NCBI RefSeq assembly: GCF_009914755.1
Contig: NC_060929.1
Strand: one strand, 5' to 3'
Source: the human T2T-CHM13v2.0 reference genome, Homo sapiens
Length of the DNA stretch: 64,000 nt
Shown here: one piece after another, positions 36,780 to 51,580 of the stretch
Layout: every line of letters starts with the position of its first letter
How positions within the stretch are numbered: the stretch's first letter is position 1
Notes under the pieces: model-generated
The model's database searches: none
Told to the model about the DNA's origin: nothing
Seen by the model: the letters and a program-made list of their open reading frames with translations, nothing else
Program-made: the position numbers and the translations under genes

Positions 36780-38230
36780 CTTCCAATGTTGAGATGCATA
36801 TAGCTTTTTCCTTCTGGAATTAATTCCAAAAAAATTAAGGAATAGTATACATATCTTTGGGTACACTAGGTTTTGCAACAACCTTCTTTTCCCCTGCTGT
36901 CTTTCAAAGTTATCTTCATAATAAATCAAATGTCTGCACACATGTAGACTTAAAAAAAGTTTTTTTTTTGCTGGCTCTATCCTGAAATGTTCTATTCTTT
37001 TGCTGATACCCCACTGTGTCAAATATTGTAGTTTATAATATCCTTGGTATTTGATAGAGTAAACACCTGCATTTTTCTTCTTCAGTATTGTGTTGATTAA
37101 TCTTAGTTCTTTGCATTTCATTATATTTAAAATCAGCCTGATGATTTACACAAAAACGAAAACTATTTTATTGATATTTTATTGTTTCAACAGTTTGAAG
37201 AGAATTTACATCTTTAAAATATATCCTATAAGTTCTATCAATATACTTTTGTAGTTGTGCATTGCTTAATATCCAAATGTTTGAATATACACAAATTGTC
37301 TTTGTATTATTTATTCTTAGCTTGATTTTGCTGTGTTCTGGTAATATGATCTAAATGTCTAATAACTATAAAATGACTAATTTATTTGCCTTTAAACTAC
37401 TTTTCTGTCTATTCGACCCAATCATGGTTTGTATGTTGTGCTTTCTTCATTTCTTGATCTTTTATTAGATTATTAGAGTACCTTTATCATTTTATTTTCC
37501 CTATTACTATTTGTTTAATTATTGGGGGAGGGTGCTATCCTAGAGATTGTAGAATGTAAGCCTGACTTAATAAAGTCTAAAATTAATCTGTGCTTTAACA
37601 GCTTATCAGGCAGTTCTTTTTCCATCTTTTACACTCAACATGCCATATTACAGTCATGGTCATATATTTTTATTTTGTATGCATTTTAAACTTAACAATG
37701 TATTTTAATTATGTTTACTACATCAATGTCTATTTACATATATAAACATATTTATCTTTTATATTGTTCTTTTTACCTATCTGAGTTTTCATTTTTCTAC
37801 CTGGGATACATTTTATCAGTCTGAATATTCCCATTTTTTTAGCTCTACTCTGACAAATTATGTTATTATTTATCCTAATTTATCTTTATGTTGTCTTCAT
37901 TTTTAATGTATATTTTTCCTGTGAACAGACTTCTCAGCTGGCAGTCAATTTAGCTCAACAGTTTAAATATATTGCCTCCTTGTCTTCTTTTATATAAAAT
38001 TTTTATATACTCTGTAATAAATAAGCTATCTGTGAAGTTGCTTTTTTGCATTATGATATCACTTTTTTATGAATTAAATATTTTTTGTCTCTTTTTTCCA
38101 GCATTTTAACATTTGATATGCCTAGATGGTTTTTTACTTTACTTTTTAAAAAAAGCTTTGCTTTAGGTTTATATTGCTTTCTGCATTTGTGATTTAGATG
38201 ATTTTATCACATGAAAATAATCGTCAGAAT
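36780..38230 (-). mobile_element. Degraded old L1M remnant
   Basis: T-rich with antisense L1 motifs; boundaries approximate. Confidence 0.45.
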
Positions 38231-39084
38231 TCTTGCTTGGTTAGTTCTCAACAACTCCTCTTATTTCATAATCAGCAAAACCTGTGGCAAAGTGGATCTT
38301 AATAATTTTAATCTTAAAGCCTCTGGCATTTCTTTCATAGATAAAAGCTCTGCTGTCCTTCTCTAACTTGATTTTCTTCCACATTTATGTTCAGATTTTT
38401 AAATTTATTCTGAGGTTGAGAGATAATCCAAAACAATGAAAGCTGTTATTTCTAGAACAATAATACAAATAAAGTTTTAGAGATAATCAATAGTAATTTT
38501 TTTCTAAAATATCCTAGAATCTCAAAAAGTTCAATACATAAGTTACTAAAGCATAATTATTCTGAATAATTGTTGTAAAGTAACACCTGGCTTTAAAAGA
38601 AAATCTGCTTACAAATATGCCTATTATTTTCTTAAATATAGAATTATGGCGAGAATTACGGTTACCAATTCGACTATGAGAAGCTTCATAATATAGTATC
38701 TTCATAAAAACGCACACACAAAAATGTTTGGAATGTAAGGAATTCCCTTTATAGTTATTAGCCTAATATAGTTTGCATCTATTGTGTATTAGTGTATACT
38801 AGATAAGGTAGCATAGTATATATAAATATACAGTTAATAGCATATATAATTTGAAGGATGAATTTGTGATAAAATATATAGCTATTTACTCTTTCATATA
38901 TATTTCAAGTAACTTCATCGGGATCCTAAAACAAATTGCAGTTGTTAACATTTGAGAAGGATGACGTTGCTCTTACTGATCAATTTTGTGAGACTAATAT
39001 TATTTAATAAAATTTGTTCCGTTGAGGAATGTTAATGTGCGTGCCCTCAATGTAGAAGCATTAAGAACTTTCTTGTGGTGGTGC

Positions 39085-39244
39085 TTTTTTTTTTTTGAGA
39101 CAGGGTCTCGCCCTGTTGCCCAGGCTGGAGTGCAATGATGTGATCTCAGCTCACGGCAACCTCCGCCTCCCAGGTTCAAGCGATTCTCCTGCCTCAGCCT
39201 CCTGAATAGCTGGGACTACAGGCACCCGCCACCACGCCTGACTA
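39085..39244 (-). mobile_element. 5'-truncated Alu (right arm only, S-type)
   Basis: polyT-gagacagggtctcgccctgttgcccaggctgg...; TSD ggtgctttt. Confidence 0.9.
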
Positions 39245-39569
39245 TCACGGTGCTTTTAATCAATAAAGGACTGTAGTTGATGAACATATTTTTTAGTTCC
39301 TTTACACCTTGGGTGGGATAACCTAAGGTGTAAGGGAACTAAAGACATGCGGTACATGTCTTAAACTGTCTTCCGATGGCACCTTCAGAATATCTCTCTA
39401 GGAACTTGTTTTGCTTCACTTTCTCATTTCCTCACTTCCCTGTTAAAGTTTCCACGGATCCCATTCCAAACGAAACACACGTGAAGTCCAACCCTGTTTT
39501 CAGAGTCTACCCAAATTGACAGAACGGCCTTTCTTGTTCCCTTTGTTTATTCAGCATTATCTTCCTAAT

Positions 39570-40700
39570 CCTCAGGCACTGGCTTCCCGAATGTGTCATT
39601 CCTCTCAATATGCCTTTCACTTGGGTCATTCTTTATGTCGTCCCATCCTGTGCCATGACTTTATCCCTTTTCTGTTGAGACTCTAATTTACATCTTCCGT
39701 CTCTTCCCCTCTCTCGAAACCCTAGACACACGCATCTACTGCTCACTCACCATTTCCATTTGCAAACCTAAAAAAATTATTCAACTTACTGTGTCCAAAT
39801 TTAAGCCTTACTTCCTCTATCACCCACTTATCCTTCTGGGTCCTAATTTTTTTCTTTTCTGGGTAATGTCAACTACATTTTTGTGGCTTATTCATTACAA
39901 ATTATTTAGAGCCATTATTTACTCCTGTCTTTCAAAAAAATGTTTGGCTGAGCTGATAGGGTCATCTCTGCTTTTGAAATGCAGATGAAATCTGACCACT
40001 TATTTTATACTTCTGCCCTTGTCAAAACTACCATATTTAGATTCCAATATATTTTTCTTATTTCCTGCCTTGCCACTCTAGGACAGATACAGTCATCTTG
40101 TAAAAATTATGTCAGACCATGGTACTTTTCTGTTCAAACCTCCATGGACTCTTTGTCACTCATGTTAAGATATAAATATCCTACTTTGGTTTATATTTCT
40201 TGACATGATCTGGCCTCTCCACCCACTTTGAACATCTTCTGTCACTGGCCTCGTCACTCACTCCATGCAAGCCTGTGGCCTTCCCATGGTGTCTGCAGCA
40301 CATCAATACTGCTCTTTCCTCTAAGCAATTGCTTTTGCTTTTCTCTACACCTGGAAGACTATTCCAAAAAATGGCTCCATGATTTCTTCTCTACTTTATT
40401 TTCTTGCTCTCTGTAAATGTCTATCTGAGAGTTGCCGGAAAACTCTATGGTAAAATGATGTTCCTGTATCATTCGTTATTTCCATACCCTGCTTACTTTG
40501 CTTCATAAAATTGATTCCAATCTGATATTGTTTTATGTGTGTGTAGTGTGTCTGTACTTCTGTGTTGTTTTATTTTTTTCTCCTCCATTAGAGTATAAGT
40601 ACTATGGTGGCAGCAATATTGTCTGTTGTGTCAGGTATTGTATCACCAGTGCCTGGTTTATAGCATTTGTTTAATAAATACCTGTCTAACAAATGAGAAT
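39570..40700 (+). mobile_element. L2 3' portion
   Basis: CT-rich; ends tgtatcaccagtgcctgg...aataaatacctgtctaacaaatgagaatg. Confidence 0.65.
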
Positions 40701-40950
40701 GTGGATGGATGATTTTGCTGCAGTATAAGTTAAAAGACAGTGGAACAATTTTTATAGGCTACCAAAAGCAAAAAAAATTTAGTACTAAGTTGAACAAGTA
40801 GAAGGACTCTGAAATGGTTTTGTTCTTATACAATTGAAGAAATCAAAAAGTTCTTTTATGATATTTTCTATAATATTTCTAATTAATTCATACATCTCCT
40901 CTAGCACATTGTAAAATAATTAAAATGCAAGAACAAAAGGGAAATACATA

Positions 40951-41654
40951 CGTTGTCCAAAAGATCACCAGGATGGTTAAGTATTAATAGTAAAATGGAG
41001 AGCTTTATTGGTGATGTTGGTTTGCAAAATGGGAAGAGACAACAATCTCTGGTGTGTGCCAAAGGTGCTCTCTCTCAGAAAAGGGGAAAGGCAGGTAGTT
41101 TTATGCCTCACAGGGTCTGTTTCACACAACAGAGTCATACATATTCACCAAGTTTGGGGAGAAATTTATAGATATTTATGAGATAGTTGAGCACATGAGC
41201 AGTGGGTTAAATGTATATGTAATATACAACCCATGCTCACTTTGGGGTAAGATTTCAACATTAAAATTAGGTAGAATTTGGCTCTTTAGGTCAAAAGGTG
41301 AACAATAGGACACAAAGACAGTTCGTGTGCAGTCTATATAAGCTGGCTGAAACTGACTTAAAGTCTGCAGTTCCTTATTAGGAAAGAATATTTGTAAAGC
41401 CCTTCCTCTGTCCAGTCAGAGTTGTAGTGGTCTGGGTTGTAAATCAGTGTTAAGAGGTGTCTTTACATTTGCTTGAAAGCTCTTTTTCTTACAGAGTTTA
41501 GCAAGAATGAGATTTTTCTTACAGCCAAAGGAATTTAGAGCTTTGCCATGCCAGCCAATTCCTGAACCGTCAACTCATAGCAAACTTTTTTTCCTTAACC
41601 TTGGGGTCCATTTTAGTTGATAAAGTTATGTCTATTTTGTTCTTTCAGATCACA
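40951..41654 (-). mobile_element. MER39-like ERV1 solo LTR
   Basis: Reverse complement begins tgtgatctgaaagaacaaaatagac..tttatcaactaaaatggaccccaaggttaagg; about 704 bp; CATA TSD. Confidence 0.72.
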
Positions 41655-43089
41655 CATACATATCCAAATTTATGACATGAATTATTATTCACCTCCTATC
41701 GTTATTAGCTTGTGTATATCCTTTACTTATGACCCTGGACTGAGAGCCAAGTATTCATCCATAATTACTAGATTGGTAGTAGCTAGATGAGTTATAATTT
41801 GTTTTGGTTATTTTTTTCTGTGATTATTTTATGTAAATTTGCATATGTTATACAAAAATGTGTATGTGTGTGTGCATGTGTAGGTGTGTGTGTACATGCC
41901 TATCTGAATTTCTTTTGGGAAAAAATGTTTCTAGTTTTTAGAAAAAATTTAGAAGTCAATGTATAAAAACCCTTAAGAAAACCTATGGATATCTGATTCG
42001 AAGCACATACTTGTTCTGTAGATATACAGCTTGTAAAACATAATTAAAAGCAAGATGAACATATGGATATATATTTATGTATATATATATTATGTATATA
42101 TATTTATGGGACTGGAAAAAGGCCTGATGTGCAATGGGTAAGAAAGGACTGAGACAGTGAATCTTTTGGTTCTGGGTCTGGAAGAAAGCAAGGAAGGTGA
42201 GTTGTTTCCTGTTCAAGAGTCTGAGACTAAGTTTGCTCCGTGGAAAACGTGAAACTTCAGCTAAGGTAAACACAGGAACAGATGGTTGTCTCGTTCATGT
42301 AGAATCTGACAACACTGTTTTCCTCTGCTACCTGAGGACATAGCTCCGTTGAAGTGTATTGCCTAAGGAAGATAAAAGGCAGAGACAAAGTCTTCAAAAC
42401 AGGAATTGAGTAAGCACACACGGGCAGAGTGATTGGATTTGTGACGTCAGGCGCTGACTCAACGATACGGCCTTTGGGCTCCCAGTGAATAGAATCCTCA
42501 GGATATCAGACAAGAGTTGGGAAAAGACGACAAGATAAAAGAGACTAAAAACATATACAGAAATGCACACAAGATAAAACTTTAAACCAGAATTACATGA
42601 AGAAATATAAGAATCAGAAGTTGGATTCACTGTCGGCAAAATAAAAACATTCTCACATTTACAGAGACACAGAGAGCATAGCTATCCACAGTCATACACT
42701 CACCAAAAATATTATTAATTTATTTCATTAGGCAGAATATGCAAGCAAGTGTAAAGAACAATAATGGGCAAATCAATTCATTAATGCGTATAATAAGTCA
42801 CGGACTTTAAAAACATTAACAAATTTTCTTTGTAATTTTAAAAACAAATGAACAATGTGGACTCTATAAAAAGAAATATGTACAGAGCTCAGGGTTTTTT
42901 GGTGCTAAAGTATACTAAGATATATAAAGAACAGGGTAGAGATTCTGAGACATTTTAAACTTCTAGAAAATATAGCAAAATATAAATTTTAAAGAGACAT
43001 ATAGACACTATTGGAAGAAACTATGCTTCACAGCTTCTAAACCATCAGAAATAATGCGTCAGAGGGAAGTGTATTTAAAAAATTGCCTT

Positions 43090-44170
<1,081 letters not shown>

Positions 44171-45097
44171 TAAAACATTAGAGATTAATAATGTTTTACT
44201 TACATTTCTATTTTAATTCATAAATAATAATTGTATATATTTGTGGGGTACACTATAAAAATAAGTATTTGAGGTGATGGATTTGTTAGTAATTATTTTT
44301 TAAAACTCATTTAGTAACATACTTAGACTAGGAGTTTCGTGTTTGTTTTAATGAGCTGGTTTTGGGGAAATATAGCATAAAATGAGAAGAAATTCGATAA
44401 TGTATAAATGAGAAGAAATTAGATAATTTATAAAATGGAAAATACAAAAAACAAAACCACTAATATTTCAACAAGAATGTAAAATAATGAGGGACTTCTA
44501 GGCATTAATATATGCTCAAAATGTAAAATCATAATTCACAGTAGAACAAGAATAATTTTATAAATAACATATTATTGATAGAATTTAACCTGTTTAAATG
44601 TTTTTCAACCAAATGGAAAATGAATGGGAAGGAAGCCAATACATAACATAAAAAGGCAAAGTTAAAAACATAAAAGAGGAATTTTGAAAGATTCCTGAGA
44701 TAGGGAAGAATCCAGAATCCAATGTGGAGCAGCTTGTCACTATGAAAATTAAAGAGGAATCCTGGGACTGATAATCCAGATGATATGGATGTCTGTGTGC
44801 GATCTTCAATATGCCTATTTTGAGATAATGGCATTTGGACTTGCCAATAGAAGATTTTGAGTTGAGAGTCCTCTCCATGCAGTTGGTAGTTGAAACCAAT
44901 GGAAAAAAAAAAAAAAAAACAACACAGAGAATGTGCATCAGATTTGGCCAAGAGTGAGTCCAGGACAGAATACATGAGAGTACCATTATTTAAAAGAAAG
45001 CCAGAGAATAACCACTCTGAAAGTGGGACAGAGTGGGAATTGGCAGACACTTGTGTGAGGGATCCTGGAAAGAACAGAAAGCAATGGACTGTTTTAA

Positions 45098-45422
45098 CAC
45101 TGGGCACAGTGGCTCACGCCTGTAATCCCAGCACTTTGGGAGGCTGAAGCAGGTGGATCACTTGAGGTCAGGAGTTCAAGACCCTTGGCCAACATGGCAA
45201 AACTCTGTCTCTATTAAAAATACAAAAACTAGCTGGGTGTGGTGATAGGTGCTTGTAATCCCAGCTACTCGGGAGGATGAGGCAAGGAGAATTGCTTGAA
45301 CCCAGGAGGTAGAGCTTGCAATGGGCCTAGATCATGCCACTGAACTTCAGCCTGGGCAACAGAGCCAGACTCTGTCCCCTCCCTACCACACACACACAAA
45401 AATAAAAAATAAATTAAAAAAA
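45098..45422 (+). mobile_element. AluS (Sx/Sz-like) full length
   Basis: Complete dimer; 22-bp TSD agaaagcaatggactgttttaa. Confidence 0.95.
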
Positions 45423-45889
45423 AGAAAGCAATGGACTGTTTTAAGAAGATACTGATTTAGATTTAAAATGCATTTGATAATGTTCTAATGTTATCTGTTG
45501 AGGCTTGCTACCATTACAAGGCCAAAGCTCATTGACTTGTGAAGGCAAAAGCCAGATTGACTACTATTCTAGTAAATGCATGGAATGAGATAAGTTTTCA
45601 TGCTTCTCTGCATGTGGGCCATATACATATATGTGTGTGTGCATGTGTGTACATTTGTGGTACCTAAACAGAAACTATACAATAGTGTTGGAATGTAAAT
45701 AGAGTATGTAATGTTAAAAACAATTAGATTGGTTTATTTTTAGTTTAAATTTATTTTTTCTCTATATAAAACCTGTTATAATATAGAACCTGGCACATAC
45801 AATAACAAGTAACTGAAATTAGTCGCTTTGTGAAAATGTGTTATTATTCAGTGACTTTTTACATTATTAAATAACTGACGTTGCTAAGA

Positions 45890-46125
45890 CATATATATGT
45901 ATATATGTATATAAATACATATATGTGTATATGTATATAAATACATGTATGTGTATATGTATATAAATACATGTATGTGTATATGTATATAAATACATGT
46001 ATGTGTATATGTATATAAATACATGTATGTGTATATGTATATAAATACATGTATGTGTATATGTATATAAATACATGTATGTATATACATGTATGTATAT
46101 ATATGTATTATATATATGTATATAA
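45890..46125. repeat. 26-bp AT-rich minisatellite (about 7 copies)
   Basis: Unit ataaatacatgtatgtgtatatgtat; aaatac recurs every 26 bp from 45913 to 46069. Confidence 0.92.
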
Positions 46126-48359
46126 AATTAACTTTGTGGCCTTCTGGCTCTAATTTTTACATTAAAAGTAAATTCATATAATTATGTTACAGCCCCCAGA
46201 GTTTTTTGTCGTGCACTCATAGATAACTAATGGGCTTTATCCAGCTTACAGTTATTTTAGCATGTTTTCAAGAGAGCAGGCTTATTATCTATCTTTACTT
46301 TTATTCCACGTAGGCATGCTTTTGCAATCTCTACAGTTACTCCAATATTTTAGACTTATAGGGAAAATGTAAACAAACCAAAGCTTAATTTTTCCTCAAC
46401 TTGAAATTACACTGCCACCAAACCTTGTTATTCTACCCTCAAGAGAATTACTAGATCATATCCCTTCAATTTATATATTCTAGGAAAAATAAACATATGT
46501 CTACTTTAGCCTATCTTTCCTGAATTTCTCTACATCTCTTTGCCAAGATTTCATACAAAATAGTTTTCTCTATCTTTTGTTTTATTACTTCTTGCCTCCA
46601 AAAGAAACAGCAATCACAAACACTATGCCTAGAGAGTATTAAAAAGTGTCAAATCATCAGCTTTCCATTGTCCTATTTTTACAAAGCAGAACTCCATGTG
46701 GAAAGAGAGCATGTCAAGCACACTACATTACCATGTGATTTAACATGACAAATTGAATAGATCTGATATGGGTAATGGAAACATTGATGGACCTTTAAAT
46801 ACAGTGCTCAGGTTATGTTTCTATTCATAAAACTCATGCTCTCCGGATGCATCCTGAAACACTCTAGTGGCTTAAGATGCTAGAGTTAAGAAATAGTAAA
46901 TGCCATTTTAAGGAGAGAGAAACTTTTCACCCATTTAAATAATGGGAAGGTGAAAGGTTTGTTTCATCAGTCACAGTTCAGTAATGTCCGTCTTCATTGT
47001 TGAGTCAATATGTACTTCACGTCCAGTCCCTGAAGGAAAGAGAAACAAATCAAAACACTACTCTGACATCAGAACATATTTATGAAGAACTCTTTCTATA
47101 AACTTTTGTCAATTTTCCATATTAACCATAATGCTGCCAGATGATTACATCTTTCATTGAAACATAACAAAAACTTTACATTTGGGATTCAGGGTGGTAT
47201 TATTTATTTTTGGAGGGCTTTGTAGAGTCAGGCTATCAGGTGCCAGTTGACGTTTTTTATTAATCTGGATAGCATGATATTAGTTCAGAAGGCAATTTCC
47301 ATTTTTAAGGTTATGTCTCAGAAAACTGTAAAAGGGATTTTAGCATGATGAAAACTTTGACTATTTTCTCATGAGAGTCTATCAAACTGTAATTTCAGGT
47401 TGAATTTTAAGATAATATCAGATGTGTGGATTGTGCTTTAACAATCAGTAAAGTGCCACAGGATCTCAGGTGTATTTTATGAAGAACTTTGAACCTGACA
47501 AGCCACAAGTTACCCTAGTCAGAAATATTCCCTCTAAAGAATCCCCAGGGATATTATACTCTAGGAGTATAAAAATATAAAGCTGGGCTTGGCATATATT
47601 TAGCTAGAGAAGAAGTTTGAAGTCTTTCTGAATCTACTCAAACTCCTGTCACATGGCCATGTCATTCACTTTTTGTGATTATCTCACATCTCTGACTTCT
47701 GTCTTTGATGCTGTTTATTTTGATCTTGTCTTTTGTCTTCTGGTGAGTGTCCCCACACTGTGTCATGGCTTCCTTATGTTAGTTCTTGTCAAGAAGATAG
47801 GAAATGATATTTCAGTGCAAGGCACTGAGGATATGTGTAATGTATTTGGAAAGTTTTGACATCAAAATAGTACTTTTAGAATCACATTAAATAATTCAAT
47901 TAAAAAAGAAAAGTTAAGCCAATAAGATAAAACTGGTGACTATGACAATCATCAGTGTGGCAAATTTGGCACTCATTATAATTAGCAATAATATTCACTA
48001 AATTTTAAATGCCATTTCTTAAATTTCAATTTTGATAATAAATAATTATAGTAAAAACAGCATGGAATTTCTGGGATACTCTTGCTAATCAGTCAACGTT
48101 CAACTTCAAGAAATGCTAACTAAATTTAAAAAGAAAAAAATTTAATTCATCTCCTTCATGGTGATCTTCCTAATTTATATATGTTTTCCTTCTGTTCATC
48201 TTTATTTTTGAACAATTAATATTTAATCTCTCCATTATTGTCTCCAAGAACCTTTCTGACTGCTCAACTCTTTCAGTGGTATTCCTTTTATTTAGTTCCT
48301 TGGACCCTCTTTAAATTTTATTTCTTTTATTCATTCTTTCTTATCAATTCGTTTGCTAA

Positions 48360-49670
48360 ATATGCTAAGGTAATTCAATGGGGAAATGGCATTAATTTCA
48401 AGAAGTTTATAGAAAGTACTAAATGTCAATATGAGGAAAAAATGAACCTAAAAACTCAGTTTATGCCATAAACAAAGATTAAAGTGGATCATAGACTTAA
48501 CCATTCAAACTTATACATAAAAGTCCTAGAAAACAATATAGAAGAAAATTTCTATAATTTGGGGAGAAAGTAAAGATTTCTTAAATAGAAGAGCTAAAGC
48601 AGGAACAAATAAAGATACAATAAATGAATCAATATATTGTCTTCACCCTATAGGCATCATTAAGAGAATAAAAAGATAATACACAAATTGGGAAGTTATT
48701 TTATATTCCATGTATCTGTTAAAAACGGGTATATAGACTATATACAGAACTATTTAAATCAAACACAAATTATTACAAATAAGACATAAAAGCAAAATGG
48801 ACAAACTATTTGAGCAGACATTTCACTAAAGAATGTTTATGAATGGCTAACAAATACATAATCCCATTAGTCATCAGATAAATGCAAATTTAAACTGCTA
48901 CTGGATACTAATGCATACTCCTTATAATGACTATAAGTAAATAATAAAAATATCAAGAGTTGCCAAGGATGTGGAGCAACCAATTTTATATGGCTGGTGG
49001 GAAAAATATTTCAACTACGTTGACAAGCAATTTGGCAATTTTTAAAAATGAAGTTAATGCAGCTGGGCGTGGTGGCTCACGCCTGTAATCCCAGCACTTT
49101 GGGAGGTCGAGGTGGGCAGATCCATGAGGTCAGCAGATCGAGACCATCCTGGCTAACACAGTGAAACCCCGTTTCTACTAAAAATACAAAAAATGAGCCT
49201 GGCGAGGTGGCAGGCGCCTGTAGTCCCAGCTACTCGGGAGGCGGAGGCAGGAGAATGGCGTGAACCTGCGAGGCGGAGCTTGCAGTGAGCCTAGATCACG
49301 CCACTGCACTCCAGCCTGGTGACAGAGCGAGACTCCATCTCAAAAAAAAAAAAAAAAAAAAAAAAAGAAGTTAATGCTGGTTTCACTTCCAGGTATTTGC
49401 CCAAGAGAAATTAAAATTTAGTTTATACAAATTGTTTCAAATGAATATTCGTAGTAATTGTATTCCTAAATACAAAAATTTGGAAACAGCTCACATGTCA
49501 ATTAACAGGTAAATAGAAAAACAAATTTGGATATATTTTGTAAAGTGTAATACTTCTCATGCATATAAATGAATAAAATGTTGATACGCACATGATATGT
49601 CCACCTCAAAACACTTTGTTGAGCAAAAACAAGCCAGTCAAAAGTGTGCATGCTGTGTGACTCCATTTGA
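48360..49670 (+). mobile_element. Old L1M ORF2 3' end/3'UTR interrupted by AluY
   Basis: aagtggatcatagacttaa, cagacatttcactaaaga, ttgccaaggatgtggagcaac motifs. Confidence 0.75.
49061..49366 (+). mobile_element. AluY
   Basis: gatcgagaccatcctggctaac, gaatggcgtgaacc, gcggagcttgcagtgagc; long A tail; TSD gaagttaatgc. Confidence 0.96.
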
Positions 49671-51528
49671 CTCCTCCTCACCACAAGATCGGATATGTCC
49701 CACAGAAAGACTTCACCTTCATCTCTGATCTCAAAATGAGAAGGCACGTGGATGAGATCCAAGCAAAGCTAAGCAGACTCAACCACAGTGGGAAGAGCAC
49801 AGCTGCCGCTGCAGACGGGGCATAAGAAGCAAATCTTTTGAAGAAGTTACTGAGATTGAGATTTTTGTTATCGCAGCAAACCTGATAAGCACAGGAAAAT
49901 ACAAAAGACCCAGAAGAAAATGGATACAATTTCAAGAGTGATTTCTTTAAGTTTATGGGAAAAGGTATGATCTCATACACAATGCCTATGTCTGTGTAGA
50001 ATATAATCCAATGTAAACTGGAACACATGGAAAAAAAATAAATTACATAAAATAATTGTATTTATAAATATGTATGGACATGCAGTAAGAAACCCTGACA
50101 TGTACATTTACACCTTTCAAAAAATGGGCTGGAAAGTTTATTTAAATTACTTGAAACATCCATCCTTCAGTAATGGAGAAATCACAATGACAAATTCCTT
50201 CTATGTGTCTCTTTTGAAAATTTAATTACCTTTTTGTTAATATATTATTTGATTATCTAGAAAACTTGATTAAATTTCTTAATATAAAGTTACACTCTTC
50301 TCTATGATAGTAGATGTTATTTTAATTTGTATTTTGTGTAGTAAACAGATTCCTAAGAAATATATTTAAGACCAATCTCTTAAAATCATACTACAGATAG
50401 ATATTTGAGGGTGGTTTGGAGATCACTATAATTAGCCTTAACATATATCTACAATTAAACTCCATCCTCTTACACTATGCATATCCTCAATCTCCAAGTT
50501 ATGCCCATCTCTTAAATAAGTCCCAGAATTTCTATTTTTCATGTTGACTAACTCTTAAATTTATTCAGTTCTTCTAATTTATAGCATACAGCTTTATGTA
50601 TTTTTTCTTTATTTCATTTCCTTGTGATCTGTTTTCTCACTACTATAAAAATAGTGCTTGTAAAATAAGAATCAGGATATATCTTTAACATAATCAGTAA
50701 TGTCCTATAAATTCCAAAATACCTACTTTAGTGTTTAAGTAATTCATGATCTGGTTCCTGTCTAAATTTGCAGAAGAACCTTTAATTTTACTTCAGTACA
50801 TGTTCTATAATCTGACCATATATACTAACATGTACTGAATTGTTATTTGAGCCAAACTGTCTTCTAAGAACTTTGCAGATATTAGTACATTTAAGAATCT
50901 CAACAATTCTATGGGATAGAAAGTCTGGGAGCAGTCTGTCTCCGAAACCACCATGATCTAACAAGACTTGAGGGTCACTGCAAACACGGTCTTACAACTT
51001 TTTACTAACTTTATAAATTTGGTATTTCCCCTATCTTGAATGCCCCCTCTCCCTGTATATAAATAGAAATTCATTTTTTTCAAAATCTATTAAAATCCTT
51101 GCATTTTGTTAAATTGTTAACATTTTAATTTAATTCTTAAAAAAATGTAAAACCAAAATTTAGTGTTTAATTCACTGCCTCCTTCCTTCAGTAGAGAATA
51201 CATTCTTTGAGTATTGGCATGTTTTACCAAACTTTAATCTTCACTGAATATCACATAGATGTGTTTTGTACATGCTGACTGAATAAATAAACCAAATTTA
51301 TGCATTAGTACTGAAAATCATAAGCCAAAACATTTGACACAGCTTTGTCAAGAGGACAATTGGGACAGAAAGGTCTGGAGTTTATAAGGAATCAACATAA
51401 TGTGGCTGTCTTCATTGAGCACTCCATCCCACAAAGGATCGTTCTGAAGGTCATGTCTTACATTATAAATATTTTTCATTCAATACATAGAGATAAGTAT
51501 GTAGCTTTGGGAACATAGGGAGGTTTCA

Positions 51529-51580
51529 TCCTCTCTCTCTCTCTCTCCCCCTCTCTCCCTCTCTCCCTCTCTCCCTCTCT
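51529..51580. repeat. (CT)n-rich microsatellite
   Basis: Direct reading. Confidence 0.85.

Noticed and set aside
44208-44290. Tiny possibly inverted L1MA tip
   Set aside because: The fragments are only about 40 bp each, too short to establish an inversion.
44529-45107. 192-aa minus-strand ORF
   Set aside because: Starts at an Alu edge, has F/L/S-rich composition from T-rich DNA, crosses a poly-T run and shows no recognisable domain.
45859-46090. Repetitive Y/T/H/I-rich ORFs
   Set aside because: These are translations of the 26-bp minisatellite.
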